This document shows positions 13,801-26,713 of a stretch of DNA of 64,000 nt, piece by piece; the first letter of the stretch is position 1, and every line of letters starts with the position of its first letter. Location of the stretch: assembly GCA_040954595.2 (NCBI GenBank), contig CM082584.2, positions 11,498,552 through 11,562,551 of the forward strand, given 5' to 3'. A program made the position numbers and the translations under genes. The notes beneath the pieces were generated by a model, which was given only the letters and a program-made list of their open reading frames with translations, searched no databases and was not told where the DNA came from. This DNA comes from Balanoglossus misakiensis. Lineage: Eukaryota > Animalia > Hemichordata.

Positions 13801-16800
13801 CAAAAACCTGTCTGTCCCATTTGCGGGGAGATGCTGCACCCAGGAGAAGTCACTCACCATTTTGCGATCGAACTAGACAGACTCAATAAACTGGGAAGGT
13901 AGGTGGCTCCACTTTATCTACGACGTTGACAGTAACACAACTTTTGAAGTGGCCCTGTCTGAAGATGGAGTCATTGGCGATTATTCTAAAGGAGAAAACA
14001 TAGCCTTGGTAGCAAACTATGGGGCGCAACCACTTGACTTTGGAGCCAATTCCCCTGTCTGCAGTCAGTAGCAATCTGCATTTGCTCACTGGTTGCTACT
14101 CAAATAATCTCGATGGTTTGATCAACAAACACTACGAGGAGGGCCAGTAGTTAAAAATTAAAACGCCATAAAAATTTACTAAAATTTTACACTCAAGGAC
14201 TCCTAATGATGCAAATTCAAATATATAAAATATTGACGTCGATGGATTCCTTTTAACTCAGCCCGCTTGGCAACGAGAGGGGTTGCTTGAAGAGCTCTGC
14301 ACCAACCAGGTGGTGATTGTTGCGGCCACATCTGAATGTTCCGAAGGGTAATAGTTACTGTTCTGTCAGTCGCGTTGATTTCTAAAGCCAAATTGAAGGC
14401 TGTCAATGAACATTTAAAAAGAGCAGTCCCCCGACCACAGAGACCACCTGTTGATTTCTCCTCCGGTAAAAATAACATGGCTTCCCCTTTAAGTATCCAT
14501 AATTCAAACATATCAATGCACACACCAATTTGGTGAATTTGTCTCACTGCTGCGAAGGCCACTCCTTTTATAAAAACAGTCCGTGTCGGATTCGCGACAA
14601 TTTGCTTTTGTTCAGGTCCAAATAGTTGCCTTTCCCGAAATTGAGGTATTCTGTCTTCATTTAACATGGCTTCTTAAGTCAGTGTTACTAAAACGTGCAA
14701 ATTTCTCTGGAAAAAAAATGTAAGACCAAAATATTGAGTTGTTTCTTGTCATCATCCACATCACTTTAAAAGCTATATGTTGAACTTTTTATTTAGGTTG
14801 TCAACTAATATGTGTATAGCTACTTCAGAATGAAACTTTTCACCAAAATTACTGTTTGAAAATGGCTGCCAAAACTCTATTTGATCGTGTAATTTACGGT
14901 AATGTACACTTGGCCTTTATTCGCATATTAAAGTGTGCTCTACAACAGTGAACTCAAATACATTGCTGCAAGTCAACACAGCCAAGGTGAGAAGTACATC
15001 CTGCGAAAAACAGTCCCACTATGAAAACATATGGAACAGGAAATGAAAACGCAGGAATTTACGTTTTTCCTGAAATCAATAATTTTCCAAGACTAATTGT
15101 TCAGTTTCTGCTGATACTTAAAATATCACTTTGTGCAGAACTAGTCATCAAAATATCGGTGGGTACATACGAAAAAAAAGTATGTTCAATGGGTCATAAT
15201 CCAGCGCACAGTTTGTTAATTTTACTAGTCCATATTTGACTAGCGGACTGTGTTAATTTAACACAGTCAGATGTCAGCCCACACTGATGTTTAAGTTGCC
15301 AATTTATTACAAAATGGATCGGGCCAAAATACTCGCACTGTGTACACTTCTCTCAGCAACTGTTTGAATCCGGTACCTGGCAACTTACGCCATGGAATAT
15401 ATGTGGAAGGGAATTAACTCCGTGGGGTAGGCCCCTATTACCGGATCAACTCCTTTTTCATACAAGCTACCCTTAATCCCAGCCATATATCATCAGCTCC
15501 AAACAGCTATCCCCTGATCTCCCCTCAATAATAGTTCAACAATTAGTTTTTAAAAAGCTTAGGTTTTAACTGTAAGAGTATAAATCTCCCCAGCCCAGCA
15601 CAATAGTCTTATTCTACCTAATAACTTGTTTGCGGGCGGTTCGTGAGGTACTCAGCAACAGAAGTCAGGGACGCAACCATTTGTCTTGAGAAAACAGACT
15701 TAAAGGATTAAAGTCACTTCATTTTGGAGGGTGCCACCACCCTTGTGATTTCATGCAACCTGGCAATCAATGTTCTCCTTTGATCTGGGCAGTCTTGTAT
15801 GGATGCGAGAGGTCAAGTAGTGGTATCACCTAGGGTCAACAGTTGCCGTGGAAACGGCTAAACATTGCAGCATCGTGTTTGTCCACGCTCTCTACCAGTC
15901 TGTATAAACCACACTTCAAGTTCAACGACAGCCCCGAAAAAGTTGTTCCAACAGAGCTGTGGAAATCATAATCTAGACTTTTCCCGGTGCCTGAAAGTTT
16001 CAGCCAGGGTTTCGAGCACAGGGTTATTTATGGCACTGTGCTGACAGAGTGTAGGTTTATCAGTGATAACACTTTCCAGCCCTAATGATTGTGTCGCTAT
16101 CACTAAAAAGCAGGTAAATGATGGGGGGATCTTAACCCCCAGGTCCCCGGTCACTGCAAGGTAGCCGAGGGAGATCCCAGCTCGCTGTGTCAGGGGCAAG
16201 CAAGCAATATACGCCCATTCCGATTGTCCTCACAATGAATGGACTGTACTATGTGAGCAGTTATTGTTCCACGTCACTGCCCCCAAATGCGTAGACACAA
16301 CAGGAATTGAAGCCAACTCCATTCATTCAGCCAAACTTGGATCAGTATAAACTTTCCAGGCACTTTTAAGACACTTTTAATGTTGTCGGCTTTCACTGAT
16401 ATTTTTTATGATGGTCACTCTGAATGTAACCAGACATGCAGTGACCTCGCAAATTATGTCACCACCGTCCCCCCTGTAAAAAAAAGTCTGTTTTACAGCC
16501 ATAACCACAAACAAATGTGATTCACACTTCCATTGATAAATGAGAGCGTGCAGCTCTCAGAGTTTACATTCAGGATCTGTTCCGTGAATTTCATTATTTC
16601 CAATCAAAGACTGCATCTGCAATATGATTTTTGTATGCATCAATCAATATTCTATGATCAAGAAAAATGTCAGATGACTTCCTGTTGTTCTGGGCGAGTC
16701 GGATTCATATTACCTTGCTACTCGCTGATAAAAGTTTGACAGCGTGACAAATATGCCGTTAATTTCCCGTGCAACGAGCGCGAAGCTCACAACACGCACA

Positions 16801-18479
16801 CTCGTGTTCAGTGAGAGACCCTGATGTCAAAATTTACATGTCCTTTATGACGTTTGCTTCCATGGGTTTTGACTTCTGCGCCAGTAAGAATGCTTGGCAA
16901 CAAAGAATGTTAAAAGGCTGGTTGTTGTTGTTGTTGTGTCCGTTTCTGTGTTTCAAACCTCTCTTTGTAGATTTATGTCTTTTCATTGTGTGTGGTACAT
17001 TCTTCTCCGCAGACAAGATAGAAAGAAAAAGTAGCTAACAGTCGTTCACCACTTCTGACCACGATGCTAAAGAATTCCACCATCCTCCCAAAATCTAACT
17101 GATGTTTTTTCCTTCATGAAGAACTTTCAACAAAATTTAGCGAACGCCACGTTTAAAATCAGATGTCTCAAACCCATTGTGTTTATTTCCCCTGTTCTTG
17201 CAAGTTTAACGACTGCGGGCTGAGTGTGTGGCGTCGACTTTTGGCCACACTGACAGTGCCCGTCTTAAAACATGTCATTCATCACAAATCTTGACAGTGG
17301 AACCTTTTACCGAGGCATACAAAATGCCACCTGTTCATCTACTAAGATCACCAGGTGTACAAATGGGTGATCGGTGATTACAACTGCATATCCATGCTCA
17401 GTCAGTTTCTGTCTGTTCTTTATAATGTATTTATAATCGCAAAGTGCCTCCGCATCAAGAGATATTTATTGCCAATTTTTCTGTCCCACTCTTTAAATTA
17501 CATTCATTTTTTGGCCTTTAAAAGCAATCACTGTGAAATGTTTCCTGGTTTATAAAATTAACTCGGCCTGTACCTTTGTGTGTGTAATGTACAGGGAAGA
17601 CAGCAAAAAAGTTGTGTTTCACTTGTCTTCATTTTGAAGAGGTCGTATATTCTAGGAAGGAATATATGTCTGCCTTAAAACAAAGCGAAATTTGTTCAGA
17701 TTCATGGCGCCAAACACACCGTGATGTACACCTGACTGTGAAGTCAGAATGAATGATGAATGTTGAGTTGGGTGTTTGACCCTTCAATAAATTCCTCAAG
17801 CTCGAGTTTTTTCCACTCAATTTGAGTTTCCAACCACATGTGGTTTGAAGCGACTGACTCTATTAATTGCGTCGGGGAGTTTTGTAGTGGTGCTCCATAT
17901 TACGACGGTCACCAATGGGAGTGCCCTCTCCCAGCAGAAGGAATTTGCCACGGAGCTGCTCTGTGTGCAGAGAGATTGGTTGATGTGTATTTGAAGATGT
18001 TAGTCAGAAACCCAATATTAAAGCCAGACTATTGGATTTTCTTCATACTAGCATCACCAGGGATCTGATTGATAGCATGACTCCAAAAGTTGCCTCTATA
18101 TTCAAAGCGAATTTGCATCAGAGACTATAACTTCCACACTCGTTCTCCCAGAAATCACAGTCTCTCACAAATTAATTGATTGCTCCAAGTTCCATGCTAT
18201 GATTTCCCTACCCCTGATTCTGAACCCGTGGAATAATGCCCAATGTTGTTTAACTGTACTGTGTGAATGGTCCGTTGTTTGTTTTGATTTAATAACTACA
18301 CCCAACCAGTCAATAATAAAAATTGCGCATAAGCCAAATGTGGACAACACAGTAATGTCTGAGCCCAACTAATAACTTAATATCCACCTGTGTTAGCCTT
18401 TCAGCCAATACCATATGCTGTGTGTTTGGTTTACCCACTAAATTTGTCTGACTTTGTTTTCATTTCCAATTAATTACAG

Positions 18480-18510
18480 AAGCAGCCGGAAAAGTCTCCA
18501 AGAGAAAAAG
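18480..18510 (+). CDS. RNF220: Putative short RNF220 exon (SSRKSLQEKK if the start is phase 2)
   Basis: Pyrimidine tract plus TACAG acceptor and AAG|GTAATT donor; 31 nt, can join 21208 in frame. Support from sequence similarity is weak. Confidence 0.5.
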
Positions 18511-21500
18511 GTAATTGTTCCCTTTTGATGTAATTGGGGATAGGGTTATTTTCAGGGATTTTTCTACAGCTATCACACACAAATATGTGTATATTTCAAC
18601 TTATCAATATTGCTTTCTATGCTAAAAACAATGATTTTTCTACTGAAGAAGTGCGTGCCTGTTTTTTAACACAGTAGGTTCCTTCACGTTTATTAACGTA
18701 GTAATTAGTTCCTTTGAAATTATATCCAACAAAACAGTATGTATATATTTAGGTATTTTGAAATAACTTTACTGAGTTACCAATGGCAACACTGTCCTAG
18801 GCTTGCAGTGCAAGGCGGTATGTTTCCATACATCTTTATCGGGGCTCATAAAATAGCAATTTTCAAAGACTTAGAAAAGGAAATTTGTTTATTCTGTCGG
18901 CTTTTTGACAAACTCGTGCACTTACAATTACAAGGTCACGGAACATTGAGTAATTCCCAAGTCGCGTATTTTCGAAACACAAGGACAGGATAGAGGGAGT
19001 GGATCATCATCCTTGTGGGGATCTCAGGGCATATTGTGTAACCATGAACCTTTGAGTCCTTGGTAGTCTGTTGTCGTTGTCGTTGGGATTAGTTTCCGCG
19101 ATGACTGAAGACGGATGTGGTCAGCTAGCTACATTCTCATTGGTGAACTGTGTTGATTTCACACTCAATGACGCACTGAATGAAAGCTGGCCACTACGCA
19201 GTCACTCAAGTACTTCAAATCCGTTGTATAAGGAGTGCCTGCTACTCAGAGAAAAATTTGCAAACCTCAATAAAGTTGCCTGTTTTTCTCTGAAAACAGA
19301 TCTCCCTTTTTTATCGTCGTCTCGAAAAGTCAGAGGCACCGGAAATCAATAGCGTAATTCTTGGAAAATTAAAAATCATGAAAATAATGCCCATCAAAAT
19401 ATACACACTGTCAAATTATGTGTTCCTACAATTTAAATTATAGGAACTTTCTTTAATACCTACATACAAAATTAGATATTGCCATGCCTGGCTGTTATTA
19501 AATGTGGTCTGAATTTTGTGAAACGAGTGTATGATGTCTGCCGAGACTGAACGGGAGAACAACAGTAACTTACTGTGTTTCCTATTTACCAAATGTCAAG
19601 TATACTTTGTGGCAGAGTCAACACTGAACCAATATGATGCACCTGTGACGTCCATAGATCTTCCGTGACGCACAGGAATTTTCCATATCACATTTATTAC
19701 TGGCTGACACCCCTAAAAATATGTACACGTCAGGGTTTTCCTGATGGTGTAAGTTTGACATTACACAGACTCGGTGACTGTACAGAATGACACAACTTTG
19801 TCATTTACTCCTACGCACTGCATGCACATGTGACATAAACCCGACAACTAGTATTTTCTGGTCACTGTAGAACTCGCACAAGCCACCCAGCATATTGTCT
19901 GTCTGTCTCTCTTTCATACACACAGATACATGTACATGTACACCCACACACGCACACAATTTCGAGTTCTCGGCCCTGCAACAAATTGAGTGTCATACGC
20001 TTGTCAAAAACACAATAAACCCTATCCTTTTCAAAACAGTTGTAAATTAATGTTAAGTCAGCAGCCCTTTGGTATCAGATGCCATGATTTATATATGATT
20101 CTTTAGTTTTTCTAGTAGACAATTTATCAACAACCAACCATGAATGGCTAGCTTTGTCAACTGGACCCAATATTTGCTGAAGGTGTTGCAGGATTTGTCG
20201 CTGGGAAAGTCCTCCAGTTTGTTGAAAAATCTCCCCAAATACAGCTTTAAAATAAACATCTGGTGAAATACAGTTACATGCAGTTTCCAAAGTGTGCTTA
20301 CATAAAAGATTTTTTTAGATTAAAAAACTCTCCATGGGAATTAACTTCCTGAATCCCGAACATTTCCACAGTTGCCATAGTTTATAACGTTTATCATTTC
20401 CATTGCGTATACAGGTATCCCAAGCACGGGTCAAATGAAAATTTCACAGTTTTCTGACATTAACTTTGTAAATATTTCGCAAATTCAAAAAATATTTTCC
20501 AGTTATTTTTTATTTTGCCAGTTCTGAAATGTGCTGTATTTTGCAGTTTGTGACACTTGTAAATTGCAAATTGTACGTAAATTGTACGTTTTCCTGTTAT
20601 AAGAGGATAAGATACCCATTTATAAGTTTTCCATGTAAGAGGATACACTCTCAATGTCAGTGGATACACTGTTGCAGTTTTTTTGTTAGTTTTTCCGGGA
20701 GTAAGTGCATACAAGATGATAAATGCGTTTTTGAGGTATCAGGATGATGCCGGGCAGGCAAACATTAGTGTAAGCCAACAAAACAAGTCATCCAAATGGG
20801 AGAGATTCAGTGAGCTATGATGCTCTGATGTGTTTGTCTAGGCAGTGCCACTACCCCATGCCGGTGATGTGTTTTATGTAAATGGCAAAGCTTTTTACAT
20901 GGCAAAGTGTACTTTGTGTAAATATACCTCAGGAGGGCCTGTGTAATATTACAAGTGCCAGCTACTTAACCCCATAAAGACTCCACAAATTTTGATAGTC
21001 CTCAGGGGCATTTAAAAATATGATATGCAGCTTTCAAAAATTGAACAAGCATTTTCAAGATATTATTCTGTCTCCTTAATTTTTTATCAGCCTCCGTTGG
21101 GAGTTCCTCGTTTCCATATTTCTCCAAGTGGGCCGGCCGAGCAAAAATTTAGATAAAACATCTAATCATTTTCTGAAAACATATTTGTCATTTTTTGTCA
21201 TCCCTAGATATCAAATAATGGCAGTTCAACCGAGGATGCTGCAACGACTTTTATTGATGGAAGAAAAAATAGCAAAGAAGGTCACAGCAGCGAGCTGCCC
21301 TCCACCGGCAGATATGAGGTGAGAACCGTAGGGGGCGCTCTTACACATTTAGCTCCCAGCCTCTTCTAACATACATCAATGTTTTGCGGAGATAAATGCC
21401 ACAGATAACTTGACTCGTTGTTTTTGATAAAGATAAATTCTCTGCAGAAAATTACAGCTGTAGTAGAGTTTAGAGGAACAAAAAAACACTGATGAAGTTT

Positions 21501-24500
21501 GATTACAAATGATTATCCCTTTATTCAAACAAGAACCCCAGACATAAAAATGTTTTTAAGTTCTTAAAGATGATAGAGCATCACTATTCTCACCATTTCA
21601 TCATTGACAGTCATTTATTATGTTTTTCACTTTGATAAACATCACAATGTAATCACTATTAGTCATGTTTCGAAAGGAAAGCCATGTTATTTTGCGCTAC
21701 TTAGATGTGTTTATTTTTATCCAATTCAGACATTTTTATCAGTTAATTTTTCTCAAAGAAAACAGTACATCGCCTGAAATCTTGATAAACAAGTAATCTT
21801 ACAGAACAGCCCTATACCTCCACTTTACTCAAACCAAATTAGCCTAGCTGTGGTGCAACTTTGATAAATATGAAATCAATAGTTAAAAGGAAGCTAAATA
21901 TTCATTGTAATGATTTCAGACTAAGCCACCACTCTAGGTTATAACCCTCCAGTCTGTAAAACTTGCAAAGCTTTACATTGGAAACAAATCTGTGGTTTTT
22001 CCATTAAGACACAGCTTTAAAACCTACCACTGTTCCATTAAGGTACCTGGTCAACTTTCTCATTGATGAAAAATTGATAGTTTAGTAAATGTACTAACGA
22101 TTAGAAATGGCTCAGGAAATCCTTGATAAGACCACAAAGGGACAAGGATGAAGTAGCTTTCTGGTTTCTATAGTAGTTTTTAAATGCACATCTTTTAAGC
22201 AAATGACAGCTGAGCTTACATAAAATGTCTCATGCAACCCAGACAAGTGGTTCTAGAAACGTTTTATTGCGTTTGTATGACTTTCCCAGCTAATCTTCAA
22301 TATGACTGAAATCTTGCTGCTGGATTATGACTTGCATTTAAACGACAGCACATGACATTAAGGTCTGTGATATGACTTAATTGCAGTCTGGGAGGAATAT
22401 GGAAAGGGATATGGTATGGTGTCTTAAGCTCCCCTTACCATAATGTTAATGAGTTCTGTGCTGAGACAGAAGGCTAACCAATATTATATTCATGGAGCCC
22501 CCTTATGCAAAGTCAAACTATTTTTTTGTCTGTGCTGCAAATATAATACAAGATTTTGGCTGAAATTTATTTGATAAAAAAGAAGGTTGAAATATCTTGC
22601 CATTCTGTCTCAAGAGGGCGCTAAACCTTCATGTGCAGTGGCGTGTACAATCATATGGAGCCCACTGATCACTACATTGGATCATTTAGGACATGTATTT
22701 AGTGGTGGGGAAGTTTCTGGGAACCTCTTTAATTTATTTGCGAAGTCAATGACGCGCGAATATAAATCTCGGTCCCGTTCTTATTTATTTATGAACTGTA
22801 CAGTGTACTGTTGATCCTTGATGAAGACCACACAAACTTCACTAAGTGCCATGGGCATTTGTCTGAAAATAGGGTTGTAATCCTTAAAGGGACAAAGTCT
22901 CTCTCTCACTTTTCTTTTCCCATTTATTATGTTTGATTCACTACACTGCTTATGCTAATGCATATGTGGATATATAGTGAATCAACATTCAACCATCATG
23001 TTTGTAGGATATGAGAGTAAAAATCTTGCCAAAATGAATAAATGGTAAACACCGAATATTCATTTTGGCGAGTTTTTCACTCTCGTGTCTACAAGTGGGA
23101 TGGAAGGTGTGTGTGGTTGAACTATGAGTAAAATTTCTCCATAATGTTTACCATAGAGATTGTCAAAGTCACTAAATTTGGCGGCCATTTTGAATGCCAT
23201 AGACTAAGCACAGATATAGGCGGCCATTTTGAACCTCAAATTTGGCGGCCATTTTGAAAGTCTTAATTTCAAGGCAATTTTGAAAAGACCCCCCACCTCC
23301 TTTAATGAGTAAATGAAGAATTATTTTCGGCAATAAATGAATAATCTAAAGTAGCCAAACATCAATGGTGTTTTGTATCAAACATAATTAATGGGAAAAG
23401 GGCAGCAAGAGAGAGACTTTGTCCTTGTAACACCGAGTTGTTCCCCAAGCAATAACGTTCCTGAACATGCTAAATGCTTCCCGATATCGATGTGGTGTGC
23501 GATGGCCTAGCGCCTGTTTACATGATGTGTATGATATGTGTGCATAGTGCGGACATCCCATGATTTGTTGAATGCGGAAATGTTTTTCCCATATCTGCCA
23601 CCAGAGGGCGCATCACGGGAGGCAAGGGCTGCTGTTTTGGCTTTGTTGACGTGTGGTCTCCGTGCCTCTTGTCATCTGATGCATCCAAATAATTCTCCGT
23701 CAATGACGTCACAAGAGGAGGTATTTTAGTGCACATCAGTAACATTGGATCGTGCAGTTCATGATTTTGATAAAATTTTTGCGATCGAAAACTAAAAACT
23801 GTGATTATTTTGATGTTTCAGAATTTCCAACGGGTGCGATCAAACCGACAGAATAGGTTGCAAGGTAAGTGGGTGTCCATACCCTGGGACAAAACTTTTA
23901 ATGGATTAATACCATTTCATCATGAATTTTGACATCCTTCAATCATTTTTGTGCAATTTCCTGTTGGATTTTATTCTTTGATGTAAAAATCTGCTGTCAC
24001 TGAATATTAGTTATTATTAATGTTTGTTTACATTTGGGGTCATGCAGACCAAGTGACCAGTACCAAGTCAACTGTCCATTTCAACTTTCTACACTCCACC
24101 CCCCCCCCCCCCAACACTTGCATTGGTATATACATTCCAAGATACATCATGTACCAAATGAATATTTATTGTTACAATGTATAATGTCTGTGTTGACGCA
24201 TTTCAGCTGCAAGATCAAGAAAGAAGAAGAGAACGTCTTCAGAAATTGGTGCATCGACCAGTAGTGATGCCAATGGTGGGATGTCTGTAGAGGCAGGAAC
24301 TAGCGGTGACACTGCGTCCAGTTGTGCTATATCAGATAGCATGTGTCCCATCTGCTGCCAGAAGATTACTGGTACTTCAGAACAGATCAATAACCATGCA
24401 GAGGCTTGTATCAGAAAGGTAAGAGAGCACTCTTGGTGTTGCCATTTTGTTAGTATCAAGTGAGAAATCCTGATTCATTTGGTCTCGGCAGTCTTTCATG

Positions 24501-26466
24501 GTTATAATATATATACATTTTTTGTATAACAGCAAAGAAATTCACCAGTGACTGATGACAATGTTTTTGAGGAGTATGAATGGGCCGGTCAGACAAGGAT
24601 CAGAGCCACAACTATGCTGGAAGGAGGATTTGCAGGTAATTTATCTCACTTGAAACATTATGGATATAGATTAAATGTGTCAGTAGCTGATGCGGTGTGG
24701 ATATGGAGGTCATTTCTTTATGTCATTGCCTTTTTGATCATAATATATGGGAGCAATACTGAACAAAGACTAGGCCACATTTGAAGTTTGGATACCTTTC
24801 TTTACCTCCACAGCATCAGGATTTCATGTACATAAGAGGAAAGATGATGGAGATAACAGTGATGTAGATCTCAATGTAGATGGTGATGATAGCGAAGTCT
24901 ATGGACCAGTGCAGTACAGTGAACGTGATGTCATTCCTTGTACATCTGAAGAACCCAAGGAAGAGAGGGAAAGACGGGCGCTTAGGGTAGCTGTTCTCAA
25001 GTAAGTCTGCCTGTTACACACAAATAGAGAAATAAGACTGCACGATTGTGATCAATAGGCCTCTTTTATGACTGAACCATGGTGGGAAAAGGGTTCATAT
25101 GATAGTGATGAGATGTTTGTGGCTGATCAATTTCTTCATGTTGATTTCAGGGCTGATGCCATGTCATCTCCAGTAGGATCACCCTCTGCAGACAGAAACC
25201 GATGGGAAAGTTCAGGTATGTCATTTTAAGAAGATTAGTTCTCTGGTTTAAAAAGGTTCATTCTAATATATGGATTAATATTGAAAAGTATGTGAATTAG
25301 AATCTATTTTTAGGATTTAAAACTTGTGGGCCAGGTTCCTTTGTTAGGTCCCTAGCCCTTCTGGAGAAATTGAAAAGAGATATACCGATAACCAATGGGA
25401 GGTGTTCTAGGGGACTAGTATCTGGCCATCTGAAACATTAACTGTGGTTGAAACAACTGTGCAAAGTTTTTGAAACTTTCAACAATGGAACAGTAATAGA
25501 AGAAATCTTCTTGCCCTGTTTATATTTTTACTTTTACAGCAAAATAATGAAAATATGCTAACACAGCTTGGTAGATTTTGACAAAAAATATAATTTCTAT
25601 AGTAATATAGAAAAGTGATTTCTCCCATGATGCTTTTCTTCCATAATTATTCATAAAATCTGCATGATAAAGGCAATGTTACAAAAGGTAGAGATTGAAC
25701 TTGTTATGCAGGTATTATGGCTTGGTCCTTCTGGTATTCTTTTTTTCTTCAATGTCTGTATATTCTTATGCTTTTTCCAGAACAAAAGGGCAGTGATGAT
25801 AATGATAAACATGTCTCCAAGAAACAAAAAACAGATTCTTCAGCTCATGAGAGGTATGTAACACTTTTTGGAGGGGTGTCAGGCTGTGCTCATCAGTTCC
25901 ATGAATTTAAGAAGTCCAAGTACATTTGAAGAGACCAAGACAGTTATGATTATGCAGTTGCTGTGATTTCATGTGTTTGCTTTTTATTGCAGTGATGCTG
26001 ATGTACAGAATCCAACAGGGGTAATTGCATCGCTCAAATCCAAGATAAAAACGTTGGAAAAACAATCCAAACCAGATAGATTTAAATGTTTAATATGCAT
26101 GGTAAGCAATGTTTTTGTAATAATACAATATCACATATGTACTTATATACGGTGGCAGTGGTGGTCGGTGATGATGATGATGATGATATTGTTGATGATG
26201 ATGATGATATATTTATACATTTCAGGAAACTTACCAGACCCCTGTAGTATCAGTCCAGTGTTGGCATGTGCACTGTGAGGAGTGTTGGCTTCGTACACTG
26301 GTAAGTCTGATACCTGTGTACATTTCCACGCCAGTGTCTCTGCATAGAATTTATTTAATCTGTATTAATACAACTTTTTTTTTTCGCTTTTCAGGGTGCA
26401 AAGAAACTTTGTCCACAGTGTAATATGATCACATCACCAACTGATCTCAGAAGAATATTTCTTTAG
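18480..26466 (+). CDS. RNF220: E3 ubiquitin ligase RNF220, 3' portion (5' exons lie upstream of the window). Exons: 18480-18510 (tentative), 21208-21318, 23822-23864, 24207-24418, 24533-24635, 24814-25000, 25151-25215, 25781-25853, 25993-26101, 26226-26300, 26395-26466
   Basis: AG/GT-bounded exons join in frame. They give the recognisable RNF220 motifs RYE|NFQRVRSNRQNRLQ, FEEYEWAGQTRIRATTMLEGGF and DLNVDGDDSEVYGPVQYSERDVIPC, and the C-terminal RING FKCLICM|ETYQTPVVSVQCWHVHCEECWLRTL|GAKKLCPQCNMITSPTDLRRIFL*. Confidence 0.93.
21208..21318 (+). CDS. RNF220: RNF220 exon (ISNNGSST...STGRYE)
   Basis: CCCTAG acceptor, GAG|GTGAG donor; ends in RYE just before the conserved FxRVRxNRQ motif. Confidence 0.8.
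22888..23426. mobile_element. Non-autonomous TIR transposon (Kolobok-like MITE) in an RNF220 intron
   Basis: TTAA|AGGGACAAAGTCTCTCTCT ... AGAGAGAGACTTTGTCCTT|GTAA with imperfect ~60-bp TIRs; internal inverted repeat and three copies of GGCGGCCATTTTGAA. Confidence 0.7.
23598..23611 (+). promoter_or_regulatory. CTCF-like motif CCACCAGAGGGCGC
   Basis: Matches the canonical CCASYAGRKGGCRS core. Confidence 0.55.
23822..23864 (+). CDS. RNF220: RNF220 exon (NFQRVRSNRQNRLQ)
   Basis: TTTCAG / GTAAGT boundaries; conserved motif. Confidence 0.9.
24207..24418 (+). CDS. RNF220: RNF220 exon with basic NLS-like RSRKKKR and C2HC zinc finger CPICCQKITGTSEQINNHAEACI
   Basis: TTTCAG / GTAAGA boundaries; frame-compatible with both neighbours. 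Confidence 0.9.
24533..24635 (+). CDS. RNF220: RNF220 exon (FEEYEWAGQTRIRATTMLEGGF)
   Basis: Signature RNF220 motif; AACAG / GTAATT boundaries. Confidence 0.92.
24814..25000 (+). CDS. RNF220: RNF220 exon (DLNVDGDD..YGPVQYSERDVIPC..ERRALRVAVL)
   Basis: CCACAG / GTAAGT boundaries; conserved motif. Confidence 0.92.
25151..25215 (+). CDS. RNF220: RNF220 linker exon
   Basis: TTTCAG / GTATGT boundaries; phase 2 to phase 1 fits neighbours. Confidence 0.8.
25781..25853 (+). CDS. RNF220: RNF220 linker exon
   Basis: TTCCAG / GTATGT boundaries; phase 1 to phase 2 fits neighbours. Confidence 0.8.
25993..26101 (+). CDS. RNF220: RNF220 exon, coiled coil plus start of RING (SLKSKIKTLEKQ..FKCLICM)
   Basis: TTGCAG / GTAAGC boundaries. 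Confidence 0.92.
26168..26208. repeat. (GAT)n microsatellite, intronic
   Basis: Directly visible. Confidence 0.85.
26226..26300 (+). CDS. RNF220: RNF220 RING exon (CWHVHCEECWLRTL)
   Basis: TTTCAG / GTAAGT boundaries. Confidence 0.93.
26395..26466 (+). CDS. RNF220: RNF220 terminal coding exon (GAKKLCPQC...LRRIFL*)
   Basis: TTTCAG acceptor; TAG stop at 26464-26466. Confidence 0.93.
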   Translation, partial: GAKKLCPQCNMITSPTDLRRIFL

Positions 26467-26628
26467 ATGTGTTGGTTCGTTTTTGTGGAAAGAGACAGAC
26501 ATCTCCCGCATTGCAAGTATTAAACCTGCCCTGGTGGTCTTGTTGTTCATTCACACCTCAAGAAGACAAGATGGTCGAATTGAACATCTTAGAAATGGAG
26601 CTGGTCTAGAAATTGATAGTGTGATTAA

Positions 26629-26713
26629 CCCTTTCACCACCATGGTTCAGTCCAAACCCATTGTTTTCTATAGTAAAGTTGGACCTCTATAGAGGGAACT
26701 AGGAATGAAAGGG
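26629..26713. mobile_element. 85-bp piggyBac-like MITE in the probable RNF220 3' UTR
   Basis: TTAA|CCCTTTCA ... TGAAAGGG|TTAA. Confidence 0.7.

Noticed and set aside
14203-14667. 154-aa ORF on the - strand
   Set aside because: No recognisable domain or splice context; likely a chance ORF in intronic DNA.
18990-19200. Possible nested antisense exon in the RNF220 intron
   Set aside because: Stops were found in all three minus-strand frames across ~19125-19180, and there is no convincing splice pair.
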